DNA from: an uncultured delta proteobacterium
GTDB taxonomy: Bacteria; Desulfobacterota; Binatia; UBA9968
DNA length: 64,000 nt
Reading direction: 5' to 3'
Assembly: GCA_963745835.1 (NCBI GenBank)
Contig: CAVUZH010000015.1
Coordinates: forward strand, 129,795 to 193,794
Under the pieces are notes generated by a model. It saw only the letters and a program-made list of their open reading frames with translations. It was not told the origin of the DNA and searched no databases. Made by a program: the position numbers and the translations under genes. Positions 38,300-48,395 of the stretch are shown in pieces. Each line of letters opens with the position of its first letter. The stretch's first letter is position 1.

Positions 38300-39382
38300 T
38301 TACCGGAGCTTGAGCGTGCTAAGGCCGATCACGGCGCAGATAAACGCGATAATCCAAAACCGCACGATGATTTGCGGCTCCTTCCAACCCTTGAGTTCAT
38401 AGTGGTGATGAATCGGCGCCATCAGAAAGACTCGCTTGCGCCTCAGCTTGTAGGAGGCAACCTGGAAGATGACGGAGAGCGCCTCGGCAACGAATACGCC
38501 GCCCACGATAACCAATAGAATCTCGTTCTTGGTCATCACCGCAACCGCTCCGAGAGCCGCTCCAAGCGCCAACGAGCCCACGTCACCCATGAACATTTGC
38601 GCGGGATACGCGTTGTACCAGAGAAATCCCAACCCTGCGGCGACCACTGCGGCGCAAAATACGCTCAATTCACCCACGCCGGCGACGTAAGGAATCTGCA
38701 GATACTCGGCCAATTTCATATGTCCGGTAACATAGGCGATGACCGCATAGGTGCCGGCGGCGACCATCACTGGTCCAATCGCCAAACCGTCAAGCCCGTC
38801 AGTGAGATTAACGGCATTAGAAGCGCCGACGATCACAAACATTGCGAAGGGCACATAGAACACACCCAGATCCGGACGAAAGTTTTTGATAAAGGGAAGG
38901 CTGATCTCGGTGCTGAACTTAGGCATATAGTAAAGCGCCAGAGCGACGACAAAGGCCATCATGAATTGACCCAGCAATTTCGCCCGAGGCGGCAATCCCT
39001 TGCTGCTCCTGCGAGTAAGCTTCAGATAGTCATCGACGAAGCCCACCAGTCCCGCGCCCACAGTCGCGAGCAGCGCAAGCAACACGTAGCGATTGCCGAT
39101 GTCTCCCAACAGAAGAGTTGAAAAGGTTAGCGCCAGGAGTATCAGCGCTCCGCCCATCGTCGGCGTTCCCGCTTTGACCGCGTGAGAGGCCGGCCCGTCA
39201 TCCCGGATCTGCTGCCCGATATGCTTTTGTGTTAGCGCTCGAATCAATCGCGGTCCCAAAAGAAAAGATACAAGCAACGCCACCAGCGCAGCCATCGCTG
39301 CCCGGAAAGTTATGTAGCGAAAAACATTGAAGCCGGAATAAGTCGTGTGCAATGGGAACAGCAAGTAGTACAGCAATATCAA
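38300..39382 (-). CDS. mraY: phospho-N-acetylmuramoyl-pentapeptide-transferase
   Basis: K.GTPTMGG, DD…[33 protein letters not shown]. Confidence 0.96.
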   Translation of the reverse strand: MILLYYLLFPLHTTYSGFNVFRYITFRAAMAALVALLVSFLLGPRLIRALTQKHIGQQIRDDGPASHAVKAGTPTMGGALILLALTFSTLLLGDIGNRYVLLALLATVGAGLVGFVDDYLKLTRRSSKGLPPRAKLLGQFMMAFVVALALYYMPKFSTEISLPFIKNFRPDLGVFYVPFAMFVIVGASNAVNLTDGLDGLAIGPVMVAAGTYAVIAYVTGHMKLAEYLQIPYVAGVGELSVFCAAVVAAGLGFLWYNAYPAQMFMGDVGSLALGAALGAVAVMTKNEILLVIVGGVFVAEALSVIFQVASYKLRRKRVFLMAPIHHHYELKGWKEPQIIVRFWIIAFICAVIGLSTLKLR

Positions 39383-39383
39383 T

Positions 39384-40778
39384 CTACCCTTTCAGCTCCG
39401 ACAACACTGTTTCCATCTTCATACCTCGCGAGCCCTTGATCAAAAGCCAATCGCCCTTCTTCAAGTGAGCGCGCAATCGCTGTCCAATGTCGCTGTGACT
39501 TTCACCGACGATAAGTTGATCCGACTTCATGCCGGCGCGCAGCGCGCCTTTTCTGACGTCCGGCGCCCGCTCCCCTAATAGATAGGCGCGATCCAGTCCG
39601 GCGCGCGCCAGTTGATTGCCAAGACGCAGATGCTCCCGTTGGCTTTGTTTGCCGAGCTCAAACATGTCGCCAAGCACGGCGATCCGTTCGCCGCAGGATT
39701 TCATTTGGGTCAACGTTTTGATGGCGGCGATCATCGATGCCGGGTTGGCGTTGTAGGCGTCGTTGATAATGCCGATGCCGCGCCATCTCTCTATCTGCAT
39801 CCGCATGCTGTAAGGCTTAACGCTTTCCAAACCGCGCCGAATCGCCGGCAGCGGGGTGCCTAAGCTGTAGGCCATGGCGGCGGCGCCGAGTGCATTGGCG
39901 ATATTATGCTGGCCGACAAAATTAAGACGAACGTGCGCCCGCTGATGACCGGCGCGCAGGGTAAATCGCATCGCCCCTGAAGCCAGCAATGAACCGGACT
40001 CCGCGCTGATCTGACCTCCCTGACCGTAAGTGATTTTGTTGCCGCTGAATCTTTCACCCAGGCGCCGCACCCGCGGATCATCGAGGTTAACTACGATGGT
40101 GCCCCCCGCGCGCATACCACTGAACAAGGCGCCCTTTTCCTTCGCGACTCCGGCCAAACTATTCAGCCCTTCCAGATGGGCCGGCGCCACCGAGGTAATG
40201 ATCGCCAGATCGGCCGCCGCGATCTCAGCCAACCGACCGATCTCGCCGGGCCGATTGGTTCCCATTTCCACAACCACTACCCGGTGCCTTTTACGAAGCC
40301 GCAGCAAGGTCAAGGGCAAGCCCACCAGGTTGTTGAAATTGCCTTCGGTTTTTAGCACCCTTCCCGCGAGCGGCTGGCGATCCAGAGAAGCGCGCTGCAA
40401 AATCGCCGCTAACATTTCCTTGGTTGTGGTCTTTCCGTTGGACCCGGTAATCGCCAGCACCTTCGGCCCGTATTGCTCGCGGCGGAAGTGGGCCAGGTCT
40501 CCCAAGGCTCGAAGCGTATCGGGCACTTTGACGGCGGTAACACTGCCGAGATCGTCAGGGCGCAGAGATTGGTGCACCAACAGACACCCGGCTCCCCGGC
40601 TGACCGCGTCTTTGACGAAACGATGCCCATCGAATCTCTCGCCCTTGAGCGCGACAAAAACAGAACCTGTTTTCACTTTATTGGAATCCGTAACGATTTC
40701 ATCGAACCGGCTGGCTTTCGGTCGGCCTTCCGACTTACCACCGGTAGCTGTGAGAATTTCATCTAACGTCCATGCCAT
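39384..40778 (-). CDS. murF: UDP-N-acetylmuramoyl-tripeptide--D-alanyl-D-alanine ligase
   Basis: [50 protein letters not shown]. The start was chosen at the ATG at 40778, 2 nt after the murE stop; the track start is 40808. Confidence 0.92.
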   Translation of the reverse strand: MAWTLDEILTATGGKSEGRPKASRFDEIVTDSNKVKTGSVFVALKGERFDGHRFVKDAVSRGAGCLLVHQSLRPDDLGSVTAVKVPDTLRALGDLAHFRREQYGPKVLAITGSNGKTTTKEMLAAILQRASLDRQPLAGRVLKTEGNFNNLVGLPLTLLRLRKRHRVVVVEMGTNRPGEIGRLAEIAAADLAIITSVAPAHLEGLNSLAGVAKEKGALFSGMRAGGTIVVNLDDPRVRRLGERFSGNKITYGQGGQISAESGSLLASGAMRFTLRAGHQRAHVRLNFVGQHNIANALGAAAMAYSLGTPLPAIRRGLESVKPYSMRMQIERWRGIGIINDAYNANPASMIAAIKTLTQMKSCGERIAVLGDMFELGKQSQREHLRLGNQLARAGLDRAYLLGERAPDVRKGALRAGMKSDQLIVGESHSDIGQRLRAHLKKGDWLLIKGSRGMKMETVLSELKG

Positions 40779-40780
40779 AT

Positions 40781-42319
40781 TCAAGTCTGGAGGACGTTCG
40801 CCCGGCAATCCAAGATTTCCCGAGCGACCTCACGGTCATCAAAGTGAATCTTCTCCTTACCCAAAATCTGATAATCCTCATGCCCTTTCCCGGAAATCAC
40901 CACCACATCTCCCGGTTGGGCCCAACTCAATGCGAGGCCAATCGCTTTGCGCCGGTCCGCCTCGACTTCATATCCGTGAACACCGTGGACGCTTGCCGCT
41001 GGAGCTTCGAGTTTGGAAATTCCGGTTTTCTGCATACCCACCTCGATCTCCTGGAGAATACGCACGGGATCCTCTGAACGGGGATTGTCGGAAGTCAAAA
41101 CGACTACATCGCTGAGACGCGCCGCAATTTCGCCCATCAACGGCCGTTTGCCGCGGTCGCGGTCGCCGCCGCAACCAAAAACCGTCACAACTTTGGCATC
41201 GGTCAGCGGCCGGACTGCGCCGAGAGTTTTCTCCAATGCATCCGGCGTGTGAGCATAGTCCACCAGAACAAGAACCCCGCATGAGTTCTCGACCCGTTGC
41301 AGGCGCCCGGGAACGCATCTGAGTTTTCTGATGCCGTCGACAATCGCCGTCACTGGGATTCTCAACGCAAAGCCGACACCGACGGCGGCAAGAATGTTAT
41401 CGAAGTTTGCCGAGCCGATCAGCTCCGATGAGAATTCGATCACTCGATCTTTGACCTTGATTTTTCCACGCTGCCCGCTGGCATCGTGATGCACTTGCAG
41501 CGGCTTGATGTCCCACTCTTCCCCAGAGCCATAACTCCAGGTCGTTACACCGGCGCATTGTGCTTTACTCAGAAGCTCGCGTCCTCTGGCATCATCGCCG
41601 TTGACGACGGCTGCTTTGGCTGATTTAGCGCTCGCTGGTAGGTAGTCGGTAAACAACCTGCTCTTGGCGAGAAAATAATCATCCATGTTCTTATGATAGT
41701 CCAGATGATCGCGTGAAAGGTTGGTGAAGACACCGACATCGAAGTCGACCCCACGAACTCGCTCCTGAACCAGCGCATGGGACGAGACTTCCATGACCAT
41801 CGACCGCGCACCGCCTTGCGCCATTTCGGCCATCAGCGCATGAATGTCTAGAGATTCTGGTGTCGTATGATGCGCAGGCATTTCTTTGCCGCCATACCGA
41901 TAGTTGATGGTCCCGATCACTCCCGGCTCCAGGCCGGCTGAAGCAAATATGGATTCGATCAGGTAGGTGGTCGTGGTCTTCCCGTTAGTCCCGGTAACCC
42001 CGACAATTTTTAGGCGGCGCCCAGGGTGCGCATAAAAATGGGCGGCCCATAGAGCCATCGTCGCCCTCACGTCGTGAACGCGGACAAACGTCACTCCCGG
42101 GCGCACATTGGCTGTATCGGGAACAACGGCTGCGATGGCGCCGCGTTCGATGGCTTGATTTACAAATTGATGGCCATTCGCCTGCTCGCCCGGCACGGCG
42201 AAAAACACATCCCCCTTGGTCACTCGCCGTGAGTCATAAACCAGGCCAGCTACTTCTTGATCAAGATCTCCTTCGGCTTGCTCGAGCTTCTGCAGCGTCA
42301 GAAAATCCTTGAGACGCAT
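40781..42319 (-). CDS. murE: UDP-N-acetylmuramoyl-L-alanyl-D-glutamate--2,6-diaminopimelate ligase
   Basis: DSR.V..GD.FFA..G, VTGTNGKTTTT, E.SSHAL.Q.R, DYAHTPDALE, GCGGDRDRGKRP, DNPR.E. Confidence 0.95.
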   Translation of the reverse strand: MRLKDFLTLQKLEQAEGDLDQEVAGLVYDSRRVTKGDVFFAVPGEQANGHQFVNQAIERGAIAAVVPDTANVRPGVTFVRVHDVRATMALWAAHFYAHPGRRLKIVGVTGTNGKTTTTYLIESIFASAGLEPGVIGTINYRYGGKEMPAHHTTPESLDIHALMAEMAQGGARSMVMEVSSHALVQERVRGVDFDVGVFTNLSRDHLDYHKNMDDYFLAKSRLFTDYLPASAKSAKAAVVNGDDARGRELLSKAQCAGVTTWSYGSGEEWDIKPLQVHHDASGQRGKIKVKDRVIEFSSELIGSANFDNILAAVGVGFALRIPVTAIVDGIRKLRCVPGRLQRVENSCGVLVLVDYAHTPDALEKTLGAVRPLTDAKVVTVFGCGGDRDRGKRPLMGEIAARLSDVVVLTSDNPRSEDPVRILQEIEVGMQKTGISKLEAPAASVHGVHGYEVEADRRKAIGLALSWAQPGDVVVISGKGHEDYQILGKEKIHFDDREVAREILDCRANVLQT

Positions 42320-42325
42320 CTCGAA

Positions 42326-44275
42326 TCATCCTTGCAGATTCAACACCAGCATGCCGGTTTCATCCCAGCGCCCTCCGGGGCCTGGTGACTGCTTGACCAC
42401 GTAGCCATTGCCATGGATTCTTACTTTGAGATTTAGATCACGCGCTTTCTCCACGGCTTCACGCAAGCTAAGACCAACAAAATCCGGGGTTGCTCCAGTA
42501 TCGAAAGCAGCCTGGCTACTCCTCTTCGGCGCGCGCCGTAGCGGAATGTCCGCTTCCGTCGCCGGGCCGGCGATCGGCTCAGCTGTCTGGGCGGCAACAC
42601 CAAAATGGCGTAAGGCGCCGCGCGCGATATTCTGGAAGACCGGCGCGGCTACAACACCACCATAGACGTTACTTTGCGGTTCATCGACGAGCACCATCAA
42701 TACCAAACGAGGCTCGTCCGCGGGAACGAAACCGACGAACGATGCAACACGCTTTTTGGCGTCATACCCGCCATTTACCAGATCGACTTTTTGCGCTGTG
42801 CCCGTCTTACCGGCAACATCGAACCCTTCCACTTTTGCCATTTTCCCGGTGCCGCCCTCGGTGGTAACATCTTGAAGCATGGAGGCGAGCAAGCGGGCGG
42901 TTCTCTCTGAAACTACTCGGCGAACCACATGAGGCTGATTTTCTACCAGGACTTCGCCTTTTGGACTCAGAGCGCGCCGGACCACATAGGGGCGCATTAG
43001 AAAGCCGCCATTAGCAATCGCCGCATAAGCCATCACCATTTGCAGCGGCGTCGCCGACAACCCCTGACCGAAAGCATGAGTTGCCAAGTCTATCCCAGAC
43101 CACGTTTCCGGGCGACGCAGTAATCCTGGAGCTTCCCCCGGCATATCGATGCCGGTCACTTCACCAAAACCAAATTTCTCGATGTATTTGAAGAACCGAT
43201 CTTTTTTCAATTTGTCGGCAACTTTGGAAAAGCCGATGTTGCTCGATACCTGAAGGATCTTGGAGAATGGCAGCCAACCATGCGGATGGGTATCATGAAT
43301 GGTTCTGCCGGCGTAACTGAATTTGCCGTATTCACAGAAAAACAAATCCTCTTTCTCGACGATTCCCTCTTCGAGAGCGGCTGCTGCGACGATTGTTTTG
43401 AACGTGGAACCCGGTTCAAAGCTATCCGTCACCGCGCGATTGCGCCGCTGCTCAGGGGAGGCCGCCGAATAATTGTTAGGATTGAAAGTGGGATAGTTGG
43501 CCAGTGCCAAAATTTCACCGGTGCGGGGCTCGACCGCAATCGCAACGCCCGCCTTTGCGCGGTATTTGTCGATGGAAGCTTCAAGTTCCTTTTCGGCCAG
43601 ATGCTGAATGGACGTGTCGAGGGTTAGATGAATATCGCCGCCGGCGGGGATTTGAAGTCCTTCGACGCCTTCCACGAGCACACGGCGGCCCAAAGCATCG
43701 CGCTCGGACACAGAGGAGCCCGTTTCTCCACGAATGTACTCATTGTAGCGCAGCTCCAAACCTTCAAGTCCTTCGGAATCACGGCCGACGAAACCGATCA
43801 CCTGCCCGGCGAGCTGACCCTGCGGATAGTAGCGATGCGGTTCGTGAAACATGCCTACGCCTTCGATTTTGAGATTCTGAATCTGACCCGCCTCATCGGG
43901 GGAAATCTGTCGCTTGATCCAGACAAAAGGCTTGGCAGAGGTGAGCCTCTCATTTACCTCCGCCGAACTGATTTTTAGAACTCGCGCTAAATCACGGGCG
44001 CTCTTGGCAGCCTCTTGAATGCGCCGGGGGCGCGCGTAAACCGACTGCGCCTCAAGACTCAATGCCAGCGCTTCGCCGCCCCTGTCGAACACCCCGCCTC
44101 GCTTCGGCAGCACGGTCCACTCTTTCAGATGTTGCCGCTGCCCCAAACGCATGAGCCGATCGCCCTGTAGTGCTTGCAAATAAAATGCGCGCCCGCCGAC
44201 CACCAGGAAGATTGCCAGAAAGAGAATCTTGGCAACGCTCAAACGCACATGGCTGGTCTGCAGAGCTCGTTTCAT
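42326..44275 (-). CDS. ftsI: peptidoglycan D,D-transpeptidase FtsI (class B PBP) with a C-terminal PASTA domain
   Basis: N-terminal TM helix and a dimerisation domain. Transpeptidase motifs: SxxK (a STFK-like EPGSTFK), SSN and KTGTA. Last 60 aa PDFVGLSLREAVEKARDLNLKVRIHGNGYVVKQSPGPG is PASTA-like. Confidence 0.92.
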   Translation of the reverse strand: MKRALQTSHVRLSVAKILFLAIFLVVGGRAFYLQALQGDRLMRLGQRQHLKEWTVLPKRGGVFDRGGEALALSLEAQSVYARPRRIQEAAKSARDLARVLKISSAEVNERLTSAKPFVWIKRQISPDEAGQIQNLKIEGVGMFHEPHRYYPQGQLAGQVIGFVGRDSEGLEGLELRYNEYIRGETGSSVSERDALGRRVLVEGVEGLQIPAGGDIHLTLDTSIQHLAEKELEASIDKYRAKAGVAIAVEPRTGEILALANYPTFNPNNYSAASPEQRRNRAVTDSFEPGSTFKTIVAAAALEEGIVEKEDLFFCEYGKFSYAGRTIHDTHPHGWLPFSKILQVSSNIGFSKVADKLKKDRFFKYIEKFGFGEVTGIDMPGEAPGLLRRPETWSGIDLATHAFGQGLSATPLQMVMAYAAIANGGFLMRPYVVRRALSPKGEVLVENQPHVVRRVVSERTARLLASMLQDVTTEGGTGKMAKVEGFDVAGKTGTAQKVDLVNGGYDAKKRVASFVGFVPADEPRLVLMVLVDEPQSNVYGGVVAAPVFQNIARGALRHFGVAAQTAEPIAGPATEADIPLRRAPKRSSQAAFDTGATPDFVGLSLREAVEKARDLNLKVRIHGNGYVVKQSPGPGGRWDETGMLVLNLQG

Positions 44276-44634
44276 GGCAATACGAGAACCTGACCCTTCT
44301 CGGGCGGCATCAAGCCCAGTCTTCGGCGCGCCATCGCTTCCAAACGGTCTGGGGAGGTCAAACTGGCAAGTTCAACCTTCAACTCCCGGTTCTCTTGTTC
44401 AAGCCGGCCCTGGAGTTTTGTGGTGGTTGAAAGCACATAACCCATATGGACTACCTGTAAACGCAACCAGACATGAACCAACCCTAAAATGAACAAACAA
44501 AAGCCTAGAGCGCAGATAGCAACAAGGTGCGGGTGGCCTTTGCGCTTTGGTGCCCGGTTAGGCTGTTTCGCTTTCACCGGCCTAACCGCGCGGCGTGAGT
44601 TTAGGTCAACGGCAGCGGCTGTTTTTGTTCTCAT
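44272..44634 (-). CDS. ftsL: cell division protein FtsL
   Basis: 120 aa with a basic N-terminus, a single TM helix and a short coiled coil. Canonical position, with 4-nt overlaps to rsmH and ftsI. Confidence 0.8.
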   Translation of the reverse strand: MRTKTAAAVDLNSRRAVRPVKAKQPNRAPKRKGHPHLVAICALGFCLFILGLVHVWLRLQVVHMGYVLSTTTKLQGRLEQENRELKVELASLTSPDRLEAMARRRLGLMPPEKGQVLVLP

Positions 44635-45560
44635 AGTCGCACTACCGCGCGCAGCTTCGCCGCACGCGCCCTAGGGTTAGCCCTGACTTCTTCAGCCGAT
44701 GCGATGATCGGTTTGCGGGTTAATCTTTGCGCCTTCTGACTCCAGCCGCATTCGCACTTGAGAGTTCTGGGCGGGCAAATACATTTCTCGCTCCATTTAC
44801 GAAAGGCTGTTTTAACCAGTCGATCTTCCAAAGAATGAAACGAAATAATCACCATACGCCCGCCAGGCTGGAGCAATTCATAGCCGTATTCCAAAAACCG
44901 CTTGAGAGTTTCCAGTTCGCGGTTGACCGCAATTCTTAGCGCCTGAAATGTCTGCGTTGCCGGATGATGAGCACGGCTCCGCTTTCCTTTGATTCGAACG
45001 ATGAGCTCCGCCAGATCGATCGTGGTCTCGATGGCGCGACCTTTCCGCTCTGTCGCGATCGCGGCGGCGATGCGACGCGCTCTGGGCTCTTCGCCATAAT
45101 CGCTGATAATTTTGGCTATCTCCGCCTCGGGAAAAGAGTTGACGATTTCGAGCGCTGTCAACCGCTGGCGACGATCCATGCGCATGTCCAATGGAGCGCT
45201 CGCTTGAAAGCTAAAGCCTCTTTCCGCGGCATCGAACTGATGCGATGAAACACCTAAATCCAAGAGCACACCATCCACTCGATCCCAGTTTATAGCCGCC
45301 AGAATATCCTTCGCCTGATCAAAATTTGCCCGGCGAAGTGTCAGCCGCTCTCCGAAGCGACTCAGTCGCTGCCCTGCTGCCGTCACCGCATCCTCATCCC
45401 AATCCAGCCCTAAGACTCGGCCATCGGGACTGCTACGGAGAAGAATCTCCTCTGCGTGCCCACCTCCTCCCAAGGTTCCATCAAGATGACGCTCTCCTGG
45501 TCTGGGCTTGAGCAGCCCCATCGATTCGTGAATCAGAACCGAAGTGTGGGCAAAGTTCAT
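44631..45560 (-). CDS. rsmH: 16S rRNA (cytosine1402-N4)-methyltransferase
   Basis: H.SVL..E, DGTLGGGGHA, LLDLGVSS.Q.D…RGFSF, SFHSLEDR.VK. Confidence 0.95.
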   Translation of the reverse strand: MNFAHTSVLIHESMGLLKPRPGERHLDGTLGGGGHAEEILLRSSPDGRVLGLDWDEDAVTAAGQRLSRFGERLTLRRANFDQAKDILAAINWDRVDGVLLDLGVSSHQFDAAERGFSFQASAPLDMRMDRRQRLTALEIVNSFPEAEIAKIISDYGEEPRARRIAAAIATERKGRAIETTIDLAELIVRIKGKRSRAHHPATQTFQALRIAVNRELETLKRFLEYGYELLQPGGRMVIISFHSLEDRLVKTAFRKWSEKCICPPRTLKCECGWSQKAQRLTRKPIIASAEEVRANPRARAAKLRAVVRL

Positions 45561-45922
45561 TAATGACTAGTGCCGTCCCCCTCCCAATCGTCATCGAAGC
45601 TTTCGATCGCGTCTTCAAGAGAGGTATAATCTTCGAAGAAGCGGTCCATGCCGACAACCTTGAAGATATCGCGGAGAAACGGACTCATGCCGGCGAGCTT
45701 AAGATCGCCATTAAGATTTCTGAGCAGTTTCAAACGCTCGAGCAACACGCCGATACTTAAATAATTGATGTGGTCGACTGCCCGGAGATTAAGAACCACC
45801 TTCAAGCGGTCTTTTTCGATCAATCCGCCGATAACGTTTTTGATGCGGATCATTTCACGAAAATCGATATCGCCGGAAACGTCAATCACGGAAATATCCT
45901 GAATGTTATTTTGCGGTAGCAT
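45560..45922 (-). CDS. STAS-domain protein (anti-sigma-factor-antagonist-like)
   Basis: 120 aa. The SVIDVSGDIDF…LKVVLNLRAVDHINYLSIGVLL…GDLKLAGMSPFLRDIFKVVGMDRFFEDYTSLEDAI pattern is that of SpoIIAA/STAS. AGGAG RBS. Its TAA shares one base with the rsmH ATG (TAATG). Confidence 0.8.
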   Translation of the reverse strand: MLPQNNIQDISVIDVSGDIDFREMIRIKNVIGGLIEKDRLKVVLNLRAVDHINYLSIGVLLERLKLLRNLNGDLKLAGMSPFLRDIFKVVGMDRFFEDYTSLEDAIESFDDDWEGDGTSH

Positions 45923-45972
45923 TTCTTATTCTCCTTTCATCCAACCACAGCGATGAATCCGCGCCACCATTC

Positions 45973-46425
45973 TCACAAGCCCAAATCGCCGAGAAAATCA
46001 GGATCTTGCATCAATTTGCCTTCCGCATCGGCGAAGAACTGCTTCCAAGTTTCTTGGTCCCACACACGGAACTTTTCGAGAGCCGAAACCAGAACAACGT
46101 CGCGCTTGAGGTCGGCATACTTCCTCAACGAAGGAGGGATGAGAATACGTCCCTGTTTGTCCAACAGGCACTCACACGCCCCGCCCAAGTAGAAGTTTTG
46201 AAACAACACCATACGGCGTTCGAACTTTGGTCTCTGACTGATCTGCTGTTCGAGCCGTAGCCATTCGTCGATGGGATAAACGTCGAGACAACGCAAACCA
46301 TCGACGACGAAGTTCGTCATAATGATCCGCTCATCGCCCTTGCCGAGCAAAATGTCGCGAAATTTTGACGGAATACTTAACCGCCCCTTGCCATCAAGAG
46401 TGTGCTCAAAGCTGCCACGAAACAT
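45973..46425 (-). CDS. mraZ: transcriptional regulator MraZ
   Basis: MFRG…LD.KGRLSIP.KFR and a second DKQGRILIP repeat (two SpoVT-AbrB domains). Confidence 0.95.
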   Translation of the reverse strand: MFRGSFEHTLDGKGRLSIPSKFRDILLGKGDERIIMTNFVVDGLRCLDVYPIDEWLRLEQQISQRPKFERRMVLFQNFYLGGACECLLDKQGRILIPPSLRKYADLKRDVVLVSALEKFRVWDQETWKQFFADAEGKLMQDPDFLGDLGL

Positions 46426-46464
46426 ATAAGAAACCGGCTACAGAACTGACTTATGGGAGATTAT

Positions 46465-46518
46465 CCCACTTTCTCCCACCACAGCGCCACTTATAACTTC
46501 ACGAGTACGCACTGTCAA
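46465..46518 (-). promoter_or_regulatory. Pmra-like promoter plus three MraZ-box direct repeats
   Basis: On the minus strand: TTGACA (46518-46513), a 17-nt spacer, TATAAG (46495-46490), then GTGGC (46490-46486), GTGGG (46479-46475) and GTGGG (46469-46465) at 10-11-nt phasing. Confidence 0.55.
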
Positions 46519-46745
46519 TAAATTTGTTAGATTTTTCCCTGCTTTTTAAAGTTTTATCCGTTCTCAGCGGAATCGACCGGAGGGTTACGACACGCTCGAA
46601 GCGATACTATCGCGCGACTAAGGCTTTGAAGGAATTTGGCAGACCTTGAAGTGGGATGACGGCCCAAATTAGACGGGGTTAACCGGCAGGAAACAGGTCC
46701 TGAGGACAATCGGCTCCGGGCAGTCGAGGAGAAAAATCCAAGCGA

Positions 46746-47116
46746 GGCTAAAGTGGATCGTAAGCCGGATTCTGTAATGACTCTCAAAAAGAGCCACAGC
46801 GATCATTCATCTTGCCCCAGGATTGCTCCTGGGATCGAGCGACCTTACCCGAGGGCTATGGGCGGACCACCCTGCCCTCCTATTTGGTCTTGCTCCAGGT
46901 GGGGTTTGCCATGCGTTCATCATCACTGATGAACCGGTGAGCTCTTACCTCGCCTTTTCAACCTTACCTGCCATGAGGACAGGCGGTATTTTTTCTGTGG
47001 TACTTTCCCCCGATCACTCGGAGCCGCCGTTAACGGCCACCTCGTCCTGTGGAGTCCGGACTTTCCTCTCCTTAGATTCAGAATCGTGAGGAGCGATCGC
47101 TTAATCCACTTTAGCC
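46746..47116 (-). ncRNA. rnpB: RNase P RNA, bacterial type A
   Basis: Universal blocks GGAAAGUCCGGACUCCACAGG, ACAGAAAAAAUACCGCC, GGUAAGGUUGAAA and ACAGAAUCCGGCUUA. P1 is formed by GGCUAAAGUGGAU (5') and AUCCACUUUAGCC (3'). Confidence 0.9.
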
Positions 47117-47620
47117 CGTCTGAAATTCTGTGATCGACGTCTTCTTAGCCAGCAGATCGACTATTTTGTTCCCTTCACGTATACCTGAACGATGCGATAA
47201 CGTCGAGCCGACGAAAACCATGGATAGCTTGGCGCAAGTACTGTCAGCTCCTCATGTTAACCCGCTAAACCAGGAAAGACACCATACTAGGATGCCCTTC
47301 AGAGTTTTTCTTAGTAATTACTGGGCACAAGGCTGAGCGCCATTCGGAACGGTTTATTTCCGGCGATGTGTTTTCCTAATTGCGAGGGAGAGCGGCTTGT
47401 CCTAAATTGACTCACATCAGCACGGAAGATCGCAGCACCAAACCACCTTCGCCTAGCGGGTTTCCTGGGCGCGCCAGCGGTTAATGATCTATGGGTTAAC
47501 GATTGATTACCGAATCCTGAAGCACTCATGCGTTTCAGCTGAAGCAGCCAGACGCATAATCATGTCATCTGTACCGTCCAGTGTGAATCGAGAGGGCGAG
47601 ATTTCGGTAACTTGGGTTAT

Positions 47621-48349
47621 CTAGGCCGTTTTTTCTTGCCCTTCCGGAGCCTTGTAGTGCAGGATTCGCTGGCAGCTAGGACAGAGATTTAACTTTTCGC
47701 TGCGAATGATCTCGTTCCAGAGCTGTGGCGGGATGTTCATATAACAACCTTGGCAAATACCGGCAGCAACTTCCACCACCGCACTGCCCCCGCGACGTGA
47801 AAAAATCAACTCATAACGAGACATGAGACTAGCGTCGATTTCTTGGGCGATGCGCTGCCGGCGGATGGAGGCTTTGTCCACCGCCTGCTCAATCCCGGCG
47901 ATTTGCGCTTGCAAACCGTCCTGTTTTTGTTGCCAATCCTGCTGCGCTGCAAGGAGCGTTTCTTGTTTAGCTTTGATCTCTCCCTTTAAGCCATCGATCT
48001 CTACCATCGTGTTGAGCAGTTCTTCTTCGGCCTCACCATTTGCCTGCCGGATCTGATCGATCTCGCGCTGTAAGGCCTGCAGCTCTTTAACGTTCTTGAT
48101 GCGATTCATCCGCATCCGCTTGTCGGTCGCCTTTTGGCTTTCGTCATGCAGTAGTTTATCTTTTTCCTGGCGAAGCTTTTCCTTTACCGCGCAGGCGGCC
48201 GTCAGCGCTTCAATTTCCTGTTTTCTCTCTTGGATGAGTCGCTGTTTTTCCTGGAGCTCGCCTAGCAGCCCTTGTTTAACGGCGGCATGTTCTCTTATTT
48301 CTCGATCTATAATCTGTAATGCAGCCAAAACCTCAATTTGTGCGCGCAA
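47621..48349 (-). CDS. C4-type zinc-ribbon / coiled-coil protein (COG1579 family)
   Basis: Long coiled coil followed by C.GCYM.IPPQ……CP.C.RIL. TTG start after GGGGGAG. Lies in the common neighbourhood with rnpB. Confidence 0.85.
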   Translation of the reverse strand: MRAQIEVLAALQIIDREIREHAAVKQGLLGELQEKQRLIQERKQEIEALTAACAVKEKLRQEKDKLLHDESQKATDKRMRMNRIKNVKELQALQREIDQIRQANGEAEEELLNTMVEIDGLKGEIKAKQETLLAAQQDWQQKQDGLQAQIAGIEQAVDKASIRRQRIAQEIDASLMSRYELIFSRRGGSAVVEVAAGICQGCYMNIPPQLWNEIIRSEKLNLCPSCQRILHYKAPEGQEKTA

Positions 48350-48368
48350 CTTCTTCTCCCCCAGTCAG

Positions 48369-48395
48369 AAAAAAAAATGCACCCGGGTGGGTGCA
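48369..48395 (-). terminator. rho-independent terminator (minus strand)
   Basis: TGCACCC-ACCC-GGGTGCA hairpin (7-bp stem) followed by a run of 9 U on the minus strand. Confidence 0.7.

Noticed and set aside
40030-41115. 361-aa plus-strand ORF
   Set aside because: Antisense to murF and murE. The translation is Pro/Arg/Ser-rich with no motifs. Shadow ORF.
46554-47089. ORFs of 77 and 88 aa
   Set aside because: They overlap the RNase P RNA gene, whose conserved blocks and P1 pairing account for the sequence.
47117-47620. 500-nt gap upstream of rnpB, examined for a further ncRNA (e.g. 6S RNA) or small gene
   Set aside because: I could not identify conserved ncRNA blocks, a convincing promoter or a credible ORF by eye. 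A covariance-model scan would be needed, so nothing is claimed.
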